Shown here: one piece after another, positions 26,341 through 36,571 of the stretch
Layout of the letters: every line of letters starts with the position of its first letter
Numbering within the stretch: the first letter of the stretch is position 1
Program-made: the position numbers and the translations under genes
From: a virus
Lineage: Duplodnaviria; Heunggongvirae; Uroviricota; Caudoviricetes
Direction: 5' to 3' (one strand)
DNA length: 64,000 nt
IMG/VR virus record: IMGVR_UViG_3300032053_000009
Coordinates: 18,630-82,629 of that record
Notes under the pieces: model-generated
Databases searched by the model: none
Seen by the model: only the letters and a program-made list of their open reading frames with translations
Told to the model about the DNA's origin: nothing

Positions 26341-27825
26341 TCACGACGTTGCCGTCCAATTAAACGCCATACGCACAGGACGTTGCCCACCTATGGTCTT
26401 GCTGGCTCTCAACGAAAAGCCACGCAACAAATGATCGGTGATGCCTAAAAGCAAAGTGTAGGCCGCCACAGCGTTTGTTATCCCCAAACCGTCTTCATAG
26501 ATCTGCACGTTCGTTAATGCTATCACGGGCGCCGATGCCTTGACCACATTAAAATCAATGTCATCATCAATATAATAGGTCGTGTCGTCGGAAGCGCCAT
26601 ATTTTGAAAAATCATTGTAACCCACTTCAAAGTATCGCTGGCTCCGATCCCAATCTTCCGCAGGACTGAGCGCTGCGAACGTAAGTGGATCAGTGTTTTG
26701 AACAGCCATAGCGCCATCGACGTAACACGTTTGGCTGGCGTTGATTTCAATCGAAAACGTGAGTGACGTGATCCCAACCGCAGGCGTGCGTGTGACGGAA
26801 AGCGTCTCATATGACCCCGTGCCTGTGTTGGCTGCCGATGACGTGGAGCCATTGCTGTCCGTGATTTTGGCGACAATGCTGGTGGCTGCACCAGGTCGCA
26901 CCCGAATCGTGAACGCCACCGCACGATTCTGATAATCCAAATAGTTTTCAATGGTCTGCGACAGCGATACCACGCCAGACGAAATAGTAACCACAGCCTT
27001 CAATGCCGCAGGCGAGTTGTCAACAAACGTCATCTCTTTTGAAATTGACGCCGTGTTGCTGCCGAGCGCCAGCGTCCAGCGATCTGCGGTAAAGCCATTG
27101 GTCGTGAACGCTCCGCCGCCACGCTGCCAAATCGAGAATCCGCCATTGGTAAGAAGATTGATCGCTGCTGAGCCACCCACATTTGAAATCCGAATCTTGT
27201 TACCAACGGTCAGGGTCTCAAGAAGGATATTGGTGCCGCCCTCCAAGCTAACGTTATCGGTCAACGTCAGTCCGCCCACTTGGGCTAACGTTTTAACCAC
27301 TTGACCAGAAGCTATCTTGTCAGAGGTGACGGCATTCACAGCCAATTTTGAATTGGTAATGGCTGAATCAGAAACGTCTGTTTGAACAATGGTTCCAGGG
27401 GCGATTTTGTCAGATGTGACCGAATCGGGCGCCAGCTTGATGTTGGTGATGGCATAGTTTTCAATCTGGGTAATTCCCACCGCTCCGGTCGCCAGCTTGG
27501 ATTGAATTACAGCGGTGTCAGAAATGTTCGTGCTCGTGACAGCATTCACCGCCAACTTCGGATTAGTAACAGCCGAGTTTGACAGCTCAAGAGTATCGAC
27601 AGCGCTGGGCGCTATGTCAACGGCAATAACTGTCCCGTCAGCGATCTTGTCCGACGTAACGGAACTGGGAGCCAGCTTATCGTTGGTGACAGCCAGATCT
27701 CTAATCTTGCCCGTGATAACGGATTGGTCTTCAAGCTGTGTCAGACCAACCGCACCGTTAGCGATAACGGGCTGCGTTACCGATTGGCTGGCGTACTCTT
27801 GTGTTTGAACAAATGTTCTGGACAT
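26341..27825 (-). CDS. Fibre with 10-residue shaft repeats plus CBM-like tip
   Basis: AVT..K(I/L)A repeats, then NLLTNGGFSIWQRG...RSQRYFE. Confidence 0.85.
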   Translation of the reverse strand: MSRTFVQTQEYASQSVTQPVIANGAVGLTQLEDQSVITGKIRDLAVTNDKLAPSSVTSDKIADGTVIAVDIAPSAVDTLELSNSAVTNPKLAVNAVTSTNISDTAVIQSKLATGAVGITQIENYAITNIKLAPDSVTSDKIAPGTIVQTDVSDSAITNSKLAVNAVTSDKIASGQVVKTLAQVGGLTLTDNVSLEGGTNILLETLTVGNKIRISNVGGSAAINLLTNGGFSIWQRGGGAFTTNGFTADRWTLALGSNTASISKEMTFVDNSPAALKAVVTISSGVVSLSQTIENYLDYQNRAVAFTIRVRPGAATSIVAKITDSNGSTSSAANTGTGSYETLSVTRTPAVGITSLTFSIEINASQTCYVDGAMAVQNTDPLTFAALSPAEDWDRSQRYFEVGYNDFSKYGASDDTTYYIDDDIDFNVVKASAPVIALTNVQIYEDGLGITNAVAAYTLLLGITDHLLRGFSLRASKTIGGQRPVRMAFNWTATS

Positions 27826-27835
27826 TATTTACCTC

Positions 27836-30800
27836 TTAGTAAATCCCGCTTGCCACGATTCGACTCGAACCCGATGGCGCAAACGTAAATGTCACTGACA
27901 ACTGATTGGTCAGATAGGCTGCCGTGTAGTCATTACCTACCCCTGAATATCTTAAAACACCATTGATAAATACCGATTCCTGCCCGCTCACGGGCGTCCC
28001 AGGAACAGTGAAGGCAAAGAATGTGGTGATGCCGTCCGGCGCACTCACCGGAGAAACATTGGTGTAATGGTGATGGACAGAAGCGAAAACGCTTGGCTCC
28101 AATTGTGTCAAGCCAACCGCTCCATCTGCAATCTTTGGCTGCGTCACCGCCTGATCACGAATCAACGTAGTGATGATGGCTTGCGATTCGATCTGCGTCA
28201 GCCCTACCGCTCCATTGGCAATTTTGCCTTGGGTGACGTTCAGATTCCTAATGGCAGCCGTGGTAACGGATTGATTTTCAAGCTGGGTCAATCCCACAGC
28301 ACCAACAGAAATCTTGGTTTGCGTCACGGCTGAATCGCTGATATTGGTTGACGTGACCGCATTAACGGACAGTTTTGGATTGGTCACAGACGAATCAGAA
28401 AGCTGAAGTGTGTCAATAGCGTTCGCTGCCACCTTTGGATTGGTGATGGCGCCATCTCTGATCAAACCTGTAATAATGGCCTGGCTTTCAATTTGTGTCA
28501 GCCCCACGGCGCCCGCAGCAATTTTAGAATTGGTGACAGCGCTGTCGCTGATATTGGTTGAGGTGACTGCGTTCACTGCCAGTTTTGGATTCGTCACGGC
28601 TGAGTTGGACAGCTCTAAGGTGTCCACTGCCCCAGGCGCTATGTCAACCGCAATCACAGTGCCATCAGCAATTTTATCGGTTGTGACCGAGTTAGGAGCC
28701 AGTTTGATATTTGTGACCGCATAATCACGCAGCAAAGACTCAACAATGGCCTGAAGCTCAATTTGAGTCGTCCCAACGGCTGCGTTAGCAATTTTTGGCT
28801 GCGTCACAGCTTGATTTTGGATTCCGTTGGTGTTGACTAAATTCCAAGCCAGATTACCGCTCCCATCATTTTGCGGGAACGTATCGGATAACCCCTGCAC
28901 GGCAGGCACAGTTATCGGATATGGCGTTACAGACGCAGGCGCTTTGACTGAAACGGCGCTGGTGCCGACGCCGCTCTGTTGCAAGTTCAAACTGCCTTTC
29001 AGATTCACGTCCTGAACAGGCTTGCTTGGCGAGCCGATGCTGCGAGTATTGCCCGTGTCGGGCGTCAGGTCTTGATTGAAGGCGACATTGGTTAGATTGT
29101 TAAGCGTCGTAGAAGCCTTGGCGTTCAATTGATCCTGAACGTTGCTGGATATTGTCGATAGATAGGATGATTGCGTGGCGGTCAAATGATAACGTTCGTC
29201 GCCAGCTCCGCCTTGCAACCCAGCCAAATCATTGTGGCGAGTAACAAGCGGTGTGTGAATGTGGGAATAATGAAGCGTGCCGTCATGCGTTTGGCTAACG
29301 GTCGTGTTGGAAGTATTGGTTGTTCGTCCATAATACCGAACCGACAATTCATCGGTTAAGCTCAGACCAGTGTAAGCAGGCTGAGCTGTGATAACGTTTT
29401 CAAGCGTAACCGTGGTGTCATTGATTTCGCCCGTCTCTGCCTGAAACAAATAACGATGTACCGAATAAGCAACACCAGATTCACTTACGTACCCGTTTGG
29501 CGTGGCGATAGTGACCACTGAAGATGAAGTCCACCCCGTTATTTGAAACGTCTGTGTCGGCGTTTCCAAATAACCCGCCAGCGTCATGTCTGCATTGGCA
29601 TCTCCGGCAAGGAATGGCGTACCGCCAGTGACAGTAGCTGTTCGACTTGTGCCTGGACCTGCCGATATGGATAACGTGCCCGTGCCAACAAAACGTTTCA
29701 ACACTTGGGCAACAATGGTGGAGACTCCGGCTGTGGTATCAACGTACCTGTAAATATCAAATTCCCAGATACCGCCATCAATTTGAGTGCGACCCAACGC
29801 AGCGGACAAATACCCATCCATGAACCCTGTAGAATTGTTGACCACAACGTTGTCAGAATGTTCAGCATTGGTATTTGGTGCAAATGTTAAAGATGAATTT
29901 CCATCCGATGACGGCGCATCGTCCAAGAAATAAACCACACCAGCGCCAGCCGATGTGTTGACCGGAGTTCCGCTGATCCAATCTGCGCCGTTCCATTGCA
30001 GGACATCATTGACCACAGGCGATATGATGGACACGTCGCTCAATTGCGACAGATTCAAAGACATGACTTCAATACGAACAGCGTTTGAGAGTCCGTCCGT
30101 GGTGACGACAATGGCTGAGCTGCCTTCCAGCTTCACATTGTCAGTCAAAGTAGATTGACCATAAGCACCAAGCGATTTCACAACCTGACCAGATGCAATC
30201 TTCCCGCTCGTGATCGTGGCGTCCAATATCTTTGCGTTCGTCACGGATGAGTTTTGAAGCTCGGTTGTTCCAACGGCATTGGCGGATAACTTGGCTTCGG
30301 TTATGGTTCCATTGGCAATTTTCGCTGCGGTGACTGCCAGATCCCGAAGCTGAGCCGTGTCCACGGCTTGTAATTCGATTTGAGTCAAGCCAACAGCCTG
30401 GTTCCCGATTTTTGGCTGAGTCACGTTCAGATCTCGAATGAGAGTGGTAACGATGGATTGAGGCTCGATCTGAGTCAAACCAACGGCGCCTGCCGCTATT
30501 TTGCTCTGCGTGACTGCCGTATCGCTGATATTCGTGCTCGTCACGGCATTGACCGCCAGTTTTGGATTGGTAACAGCCGAATTGGACAGCTCAAGCGTGT
30601 CCACGGCGCCAGGAGCAATATCAACAGCGATTACGGTTCCGTCCGCAATCTTGTCCGTGGTAACGGAGTTAGCTGCCAGTTTTTGGTTGGTGACGGCGAA
30701 ATCCCTAAGTAAATTGCTGACGATGGCTTGAAGCTCAATTTGCGTGACGCCAACAGCCTCAGCCCCAATTTTGGGCATGGTGACGGCGCCATCACGAAGC

Positions 30801-32056
30801 TCTGGCGTGTCTACAGCCTGGGCTTCGATTTGTGTGATCCCAACCGCTCCGGCTGAAATTTTGGATTGTGAAACAGCGCCATCTCGAATTTTGGTGTTGG
30901 TCACGGCTTGATTCTCAAGCTGAGTCAAGCCCACGGCTGCACTGGCTATTTTGGCTTGGATAACAGCATCGTCTTCAATCTTGGACGTGATAACATTAAA
31001 GTCCGCAATCTTGTCCGTGGTGACGCTTAAATTCGCCAGCTTGTCCGTGGTAACGTTGAGATCACGCAGCGCTACCGTCACAATAGATTGGTCTTCAATT
31101 TGTGTCAGACCGACCGAACCAGACGACATATGAAGTTGAGTGATGGCGTTGATTTGAATCGCCAAACCAGGCACAGACCGTGGCGCCAGCGTGGGAGTGA
31201 TTGTGGTCAGCCCCGTTACGATGTCACGAATTTGAGTCTCAAGCGGCTCCGCCAAATGAGCATTGCCCAAATTGGTCAACACGGGAGTGGTGTAAATGTC
31301 TTTGGAAAGCTGATTGATGTTCAGGACTTCTGTCAGGTCAACCGTGCCGTTGAAGAACTTGTCATCCGCAGCCCACGATTCATCAACCACGTTAAGGTTA
31401 AAGCGTTGGAGATATTGCCAGTCAATGATGGTCAATCCAGGCGGAATCGGAGTGATAACTTCAGGTCCACCCACAGGTTGAGTATAAAACGTCATTGACC
31501 ATTCGGTTGTGCCTGGATTGGTCACTGACAATCGTCCATAAATTTCTAATGAGTTCGTTACCGCTGGCAATCCCGTGAAGGAGTTGCGAATAGGGCTGTA
31601 GTTCTTTGGTTCATCAACGAGGATACCTTCAGTGACACCGCCCGAATAAGCCGGAATCGTGGTCACGCCAATAATGGTGGTCACGTCAACATTGGTCATG
31701 TTTTGGACAATTTGAGTTTCATTGACCTGAACATAGCCAGTGACTTTTTTATATGTCAAAACGGCTTGTTTGGCTGAGGAGGACAAAGCGGTGTCTATGA
31801 CGGCATTGGGAGCGATAGACGTGCTGATGACAGCACTTGGAGCGATCAAAGCTGAGGTAATGGCGTTCAGCTCAATTTGAGTGGTTCCGACAGCCTGGTT
31901 CGCAATTTTAACTTGCGAGACCGATAGGCTGGCCAGCTTGGAATTGGTAACAGCGGAATCCGTTATGGCTGAGTTCGTGACCGAATTAACAGCCAACTTC
32001 GGCGCTGTTATGTCGCCGTCTTGAAGGTCATCAGTTTGTATAAATGTTCGTGACAT
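27836..32056 (-). CDS. Long tail fibre with extensive 10-residue repeats (AVTxxKIAxG / AVGLTQIExQ)
   Basis: 1406 aa; repeat blocks separated by globular inserts (HNDLAGLQGG). Confidence 0.9.
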   Translation of the reverse strand: MSRTFIQTDDLQDGDITAPKLAVNSVTNSAITDSAVTNSKLASLSVSQVKIANQAVGTTQIELNAITSALIAPSAVISTSIAPNAVIDTALSSSAKQAVLTYKKVTGYVQVNETQIVQNMTNVDVTTIIGVTTIPAYSGGVTEGILVDEPKNYSPIRNSFTGLPAVTNSLEIYGRLSVTNPGTTEWSMTFYTQPVGGPEVITPIPPGLTIIDWQYLQRFNLNVVDESWAADDKFFNGTVDLTEVLNINQLSKDIYTTPVLTNLGNAHLAEPLETQIRDIVTGLTTITPTLAPRSVPGLAIQINAITQLHMSSGSVGLTQIEDQSIVTVALRDLNVTTDKLANLSVTTDKIADFNVITSKIEDDAVIQAKIASAAVGLTQLENQAVTNTKIRDGAVSQSKISAGAVGITQIEAQAVDTPELRDGAVTMPKIGAEAVGVTQIELQAIVSNLLRDFAVTNQKLAANSVTTDKIADGTVIAVDIAPGAVDTLELSNSAVTNPKLAVNAVTSTNISDTAVTQSKIAAGAVGLTQIEPQSIVTTLIRDLNVTQPKIGNQAVGLTQIELQAVDTAQLRDLAVTAAKIANGTITEAKLSANAVGTTELQNSSVTNAKILDATITSGKIASGQVVKSLGAYGQSTLTDNVKLEGSSAIVVTTDGLSNAVRIEVMSLNLSQLSDVSIISPVVNDVLQWNGADWISGTPVNTSAGAGVVYFLDDAPSSDGNSSLTFAPNTNAEHSDNVVVNNSTGFMDGYLSAALGRTQIDGGIWEFDIYRYVDTTAGVSTIVAQVLKRFVGTGTLSISAGPGTSRTATVTGGTPFLAGDANADMTLAGYLETPTQTFQITGWTSSSVVTIATPNGYVSESGVAYSVHRYLFQAETGEINDTTVTLENVITAQPAYTGLSLTDELSVRYYGRTTNTSNTTVSQTHDGTLHYSHIHTPLVTRHNDLAGLQGGAGDERYHLTATQSSYLSTISSNVQDQLNAKASTTLNNLTNVAFNQDLTPDTGNTRSIGSPSKPVQDVNLKGSLNLQQSGVGTSAVSVKAPASVTPYPITVPAVQGLSDTFPQNDGSGNLAWNLVNTNGIQNQAVTQPKIANAAVGTTQIELQAIVESLLRDYAVTNIKLAPNSVTTDKIADGTVIAVDIAPGAVDTLELSNSAVTNPKLAVNAVTSTNISDSAVTNSKIAAGAVGLTQIESQAIITGLIRDGAITNPKVAANAIDTLQLSDSSVTNPKLSVNAVTSTNISDSAVTQTKISVGAVGLTQLENQSVTTAAIRNLNVTQGKIANGAVGLTQIESQAIITTLIRDQAVTQPKIADGAVGLTQLEPSVFASVHHHYTNVSPVSAPDGITTFFAFTVPGTPVSGQESVFINGVLRYSGVGNDYTAAYLTNQLSVTFTFAPSGSSRIVASGIY

Positions 32057-32068
32057 AATCTCTCCTCA

Positions 32069-32836
32069 TCACATTGGGTTATAGCTGGCCAAGATTTTTG
32101 ATGTCGCCGCCGGAGCGAACGTAAATGAAATCCCATTCACTCCGAACAGGGTATAGTCCTCAGTCGCCCCAGAATTTCGCAATACGCCGTCAACATAAAT
32201 CTCCTCTGAACCAGAAACAAAATTGTCAGGCGTCGTGAACAAGGCATTTAACCCATCAGGCGCTGGTGAAAGCGATTGCCTAAATTTTCTATTAATTGAG
32301 CCACCGTTCACATCAAAAATGAACCTATTATTTGGAGAATCTTGCGTGATAGTGATGTTGGCGCCCTCAATTAAAATGATGTCGCCCTGCAAACCAACGA
32401 TGGCGCCTATAATGGACAAGGTATTGACGCCAGCCGCCACAGAGCCGCCAGGACCTCCCAAGAATGAACGTGAGTCAACAACAGAGATAACGTTCGTTGC
32501 TCCGGTATAAACACGAGCAAGAGGCACAGAAAGAGTTGGAAACCCAGTAGTATTTACGGTGATGACGCCGATGTTGTTGACAAAAATAAAATTGGTCGTG
32601 TTGGCGGTCATCGTCTTCGTGGCTTGACCGAGGAACGGAAACACGGCGCCGCCAATCTGACATTGACCAGGAGCAACGACGACGTTCAGCCCACCGCCCG
32701 ACGTAACCTGCAACGCTATATTGACTGCTGACAGCGAGTCGGCAATATCAAAATTGCGACGTAAAGGAGAGTCCCAATTTTGGTCGCCGTGAGCTGGCTT
32801 TTCGTATCCTGCGTTTGGTGTAAATGTGCTTGCCAT
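32069..32836 (-). CDS. Baseplate/fibre attachment protein
   Basis: TPNAGYEKPAHGDQNW...NFDIAD N-terminal anchor; C-terminal PDG.N..F module. Confidence 0.7.
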   Translation of the reverse strand: MASTFTPNAGYEKPAHGDQNWDSPLRRNFDIADSLSAVNIALQVTSGGGLNVVVAPGQCQIGGAVFPFLGQATKTMTANTTNFIFVNNIGVITVNTTGFPTLSVPLARVYTGATNVISVVDSRSFLGGPGGSVAAGVNTLSIIGAIVGLQGDIILIEGANITITQDSPNNRFIFDVNGGSINRKFRQSLSPAPDGLNALFTTPDNFVSGSEEIYVDGVLRNSGATEDYTLFGVNGISFTFAPAATSKILASYNPM

Positions 32837-32843
32837 AGTATAG

Positions 32844-34211
32844 TTATCCTAAAATAACAATCGTTCCGCCCGTGTCTTTAACAGCCTTGAACTGACCATC
32901 CACGATGTTCAGCCATTTACGACCAGGAAATAAATCCACCAGAAGTGGATCGCTGTACCGCACTTCAATATTATTTTCTCCCAGAAACGGTCTCATGTCT
33001 TTTGCTGTCCTTGATGTCGGAGCGTCTGGATTGCGAATGTTCCCACCGCCTCCGGCAGGGTCAAACGGAAGCCAATTGACCGAAAACAAAGGAAGATATT
33101 TGTTCGTGTAAACGATGTTGAAATAGTCGGTCGTGATCGCAATCGTACCGCTGTTGTCCAAATACCCGTAATAAAGATTGGTTGCTTGGCCAAGAAACGA
33201 AATCGTAATTGGGTTAGCGCCGCCCATGATGTTGGTTGCTGCTTTTCGGATTCCGTTCACATACAAGGATTCCGCAGTGGACAAATTTGGAATTGACAGA
33301 TAGTCATTCCCAGGATCGACAATGATCACCTGCGGATAAAGAGCGCTGGCGACGCTGGTTATGTCGGGTGTTTCAATAATATTGTTGTGTGTTTCTTTCT
33401 GATACAGCTCGTTCAATGGCTCCAAAGCAGACACCACACCAAGGTCAGCCAGAGTCAATCCGTGCGGGTTGACAGGCGTGATCGTGCCTGTCCCTATCGC
33501 CATGACGTGATCATCCGCCACGTGAGTTTCGTCTGCGTTATAAACTGTCGTTGCGTTTGACCGATCCGCTTTGGGGGTCTTGACTTTGACGGCATTAAAA
33601 TGAGTCACAGCGAAGGTTCGATTAACGAGGCTGATATGAGATGGAGTGAGTGGGTTGCCCGTGCCTTGCGCTGTCACTGATCCCAAATAAACCGAATTGG
33701 CTAATGGCAACGAAATTGGATTGTTGGTTGTGCTGACAATGATCCAATACCCATCGGTTTGGCGAGTGAAGAATTTTTCAGCCGTGATGGGATGGATAGC
33801 AATTTGGCTGATGTCGATGGTCTGAAGGTATTGAATCCAAAAATAGTTGACCGTGCCAAGCGTGTAATTGGCAAGCGAGACAGAAATATTCCCAGTCGAT
33901 TGTGGCGTCGGCTTGCCGGACGAGAGGTCTGTTTTGTACGGATTGGTCGGATCGTATAAAACGTTAGCATCAACAAAAATTCTTTCGCCGCTAAAGTATG
34001 CCGTGCCCAAGCTGACATCAATTTTCGTGTTGTCCAGCGTATTGGGAGTCAAAGCGAACTCAAACGTCGAGCCAGCTTCTTGATGAACGATGCCGTTATC
34101 AACGTAATCGGTTAAACGTTCTTTGACAGCCTGTTGCGTAAACTGGCTGAGGCTGATGTTAAAATCATCAACCACTGGCTCAATTCCTGAATATAAAGCA
34201 AGTCCTTTCAT
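32844..34211 (-). CDS. Baseplate peripheral/structural protein
   Basis: 455 aa; NPHGLTLADLG knot motif; lies between wedge and fibres. Confidence 0.65.
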   Translation of the reverse strand: MKGLALYSGIEPVVDDFNISLSQFTQQAVKERLTDYVDNGIVHQEAGSTFEFALTPNTLDNTKIDVSLGTAYFSGERIFVDANVLYDPTNPYKTDLSSGKPTPQSTGNISVSLANYTLGTVNYFWIQYLQTIDISQIAIHPITAEKFFTRQTDGYWIIVSTTNNPISLPLANSVYLGSVTAQGTGNPLTPSHISLVNRTFAVTHFNAVKVKTPKADRSNATTVYNADETHVADDHVMAIGTGTITPVNPHGLTLADLGVVSALEPLNELYQKETHNNIIETPDITSVASALYPQVIIVDPGNDYLSIPNLSTAESLYVNGIRKAATNIMGGANPITISFLGQATNLYYGYLDNSGTIAITTDYFNIVYTNKYLPLFSVNWLPFDPAGGGGNIRNPDAPTSRTAKDMRPFLGENNIEVRYSDPLLVDLFPGRKWLNIVDGQFKAVKDTGGTIVILG

Positions 34212-34221
34212 TCTCTCTTCC

Positions 34222-35340
34222 TTATGGTGTGAAGATAAATTCCGCTTTCGTTTCTGCTGGCATCAATTCCAGTATAAGCTCTTTCAAAAGATTTTCATCA
34301 ATCGTCAAACCAAAAATATTATCCACCGTGATCATAAACGCATGAGCTTTCTCGGCTTTGCTGTACGTGCTGATGATGATGGTTAGGCTGGGATGGATGG
34401 AATCTTGGATGTAATAATGCGGTCGGTTGGGTTCTAAATCAGACGGACTGAAAATTCTCCAACCAGTCAAATCCTTGATTTCAACGATCTTTGGCGTTTG
34501 GCAGGTGAAGATTCTAATGATGTCGATGAGCGCTTGATACGTGCCGGAAGTTTCGTAGGCGCCGATAAGCTGAATCAATTGCTCTCGATATTCTTGGAGA
34601 GTTTGCGTACTTTGGGCAAAGTTATACAAAGCGCCAAAATTATTATATAGCGCTTCGTCACGCACGTCGGTAAGATAAATATCCCGCTTAGCCCTTAACG
34701 CCTCAAATTGCATTTCCTCAATTTGACGAGAATGCTCCTTGGCTACAAGGAACGTATAAGTGCTATCGGTATCCTTCGTGTAGACGTTCTCATCAGGATA
34801 AGTTGTGTAAATTCGGTTTGTAGTTTCTTTTTTCTGACTCGAATCCCTTACAAACGTCTGGGTGTCCGTCCAAGGACTTTCCAGCGTTTGGCTCAAAACC
34901 TTGACCCTCCAATAATATTGAATCGTTTGGGCTTCGGCTCTTATCGGAAAAGCTATTTCATAACCTGTTACAAGTTGACCCTTGGTAAATCCTACCAAAC
35001 CACGGGTGCCTCCTGCAAAGCCTCCGATGCCAAATCCGTCCTCCCCGAACCCCCCAATACCGAATCCTGTGACGGTATCATCGCCTGAAAAGCACCTTAA
35101 ATTAGGGCTGTTAAAATTTGGGTCTGTGTCTATGCAAAGCTCGTAATCATATTGCGAAATCGGGGCAGGCAGTCCGCCCAGACAATCGTTGCAGCACGCC
35201 AATGTCCAGAAGAAGACATACGAATTCTCCGACGTGCCCAAATAAGACCGTGGATTAAGCACGGTCGGAACAGCAATTTTAGGAGCAAATTGCGTGTTAA
35301 ACAGGCTCGTATTAAATAAAGATGTGTTAAATAAAGCCAT
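34222..35340 (-). CDS. Baseplate wedge subunit (FN3-like N-domain plus P2 gpI-like C-domain)
   Basis: Start MALFNT (GAGGT SD); YYWRVKV; LYNNFG...YREQL...SGT..AL. Confidence 0.65.
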   Translation of the reverse strand: MALFNTSLFNTSLFNTQFAPKIAVPTVLNPRSYLGTSENSYVFFWTLACCNDCLGGLPAPISQYDYELCIDTDPNFNSPNLRCFSGDDTVTGFGIGGFGEDGFGIGGFAGGTRGLVGFTKGQLVTGYEIAFPIRAEAQTIQYYWRVKVLSQTLESPWTDTQTFVRDSSQKKETTNRIYTTYPDENVYTKDTDSTYTFLVAKEHSRQIEEMQFEALRAKRDIYLTDVRDEALYNNFGALYNFAQSTQTLQEYREQLIQLIGAYETSGTYQALIDIIRIFTCQTPKIVEIKDLTGWRIFSPSDLEPNRPHYYIQDSIHPSLTIIISTYSKAEKAHAFMITVDNIFGLTIDENLLKELILELMPAETKAEFIFTP

Positions 35341-35347
35341 CAATACC

Positions 35348-36571
35348 TCAAGTAGTTTCCGCTGTCCATAAAATGTTAGCTCTGTAAGTCCCAGCCACAT
35401 AACTGGAACGATGCAAACGAAACGAGAACTCATCCACCGACACATTCTCATTAGCCTGCACCGACCAATTCACACTATCGTCAGAATCTGACGACGTTAA
35501 TACGCTCAGCCCTGATGAAGTGAGAGTTGGAATGTTTGCCTTGGTGACTTTGAAAACTCGTGGCGTCCACAAAAATGAAGTCGTTGATATGCTATACAAC
35601 CCAGCCGATGTTATCCGTCCAGCCTCATAATAACGCTGGCAGCGAATGAAATCGTCTGCAATGCGAGTCGGCTGATAATCAACAGCCTTCGATCCCAACA
35701 CCAGAACAGCGGAATCGAGATAAAACGTGCTGAGCGTTGGCGCCACGTCAACGTACCCCACACCAACAATTAAATTCGTTGATCCTGCCGGAACCGTGTA
35801 CGAACACGTCAAGCGTTGAAAATTTGATCCGCCCGCATGAGCCACTGATAATGACGTGGAGATCGTGCCATTGGTAATGAACGCTTTAATGCCTGGGTTA
35901 GTGGAGTTGACCCAAATCGAAAAAGAGACGGTCTTGCCAATGAAGTCATAATAATTTTCAATTGATTGTCGAACGGAAAACGTCGTCGCTCCGCCAACAG
36001 AGCCGATCTGACATTGAAGAGAATACTGACCCAAATTAAGAAAAAGCGCTGTTGAGTTGCGAGACACGAGAGTGACTGGCGCCCCTGTATAATTCATCTT
36101 CCACTTATCTGCCGTGTAAGCATTATTGGCTGGGCTGGCAAATATGCCACCCCGCTGCCATATTTCAAATCCAGAGTTCACAAGCAGGTTTGGGAACGCA
36201 TTGACACGAATACCATTCACAAGATCGTCTTCAATAGCTTTGATTTCATCTTTGAGAGCGTTGTGGTGCATGGCAATGTATTCGATGCCGATGAGCTTGC
36301 CGCTGTCATGGGAAACCGCAAGCGTGTTGTCGAAACCACGAATGATTCCGGTCAGATTATTGCCAAATATGCCTGAGTAATAAACCACCTCGTCTTCAAT
36401 CGTGGCTACCCCTGCTATCGGAAACCCAACCGTGGTCAACAAAGCGATTCCGCTTCCCCCCGTGTTGTCGCCCGTGGCGCCCATAGCGCCATTAATTGCC
36501 GTTTGCAAATTGTTGACGCCAGTTAAAAGCTCAGCATCAGTCGCTACGCTGTTCGGATATAGTGCAGTCAT
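35348..36571 (-). CDS. Baseplate-anchored receptor-binding paralog (anchor plus CBM-like domain)
   Basis: RGFDNT.AVSH...HHNALKDEIKAIE anchor; NLLVNSGFEIWQRG; RCQRYYE; WTAETT. Confidence 0.8.
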   Translation of the reverse strand: MTALYPNSVATDAELLTGVNNLQTAINGAMGATGDNTGGSGIALLTTVGFPIAGVATIEDEVVYYSGIFGNNLTGIIRGFDNTLAVSHDSGKLIGIEYIAMHHNALKDEIKAIEDDLVNGIRVNAFPNLLVNSGFEIWQRGGIFASPANNAYTADKWKMNYTGAPVTLVSRNSTALFLNLGQYSLQCQIGSVGGATTFSVRQSIENYYDFIGKTVSFSIWVNSTNPGIKAFITNGTISTSLSVAHAGGSNFQRLTCSYTVPAGSTNLIVGVGYVDVAPTLSTFYLDSAVLVLGSKAVDYQPTRIADDFIRCQRYYEAGRITSAGLYSISTTSFLWTPRVFKVTKANIPTLTSSGLSVLTSSDSDDSVNWSVQANENVSVDEFSFRLHRSSYVAGTYRANILWTAETT

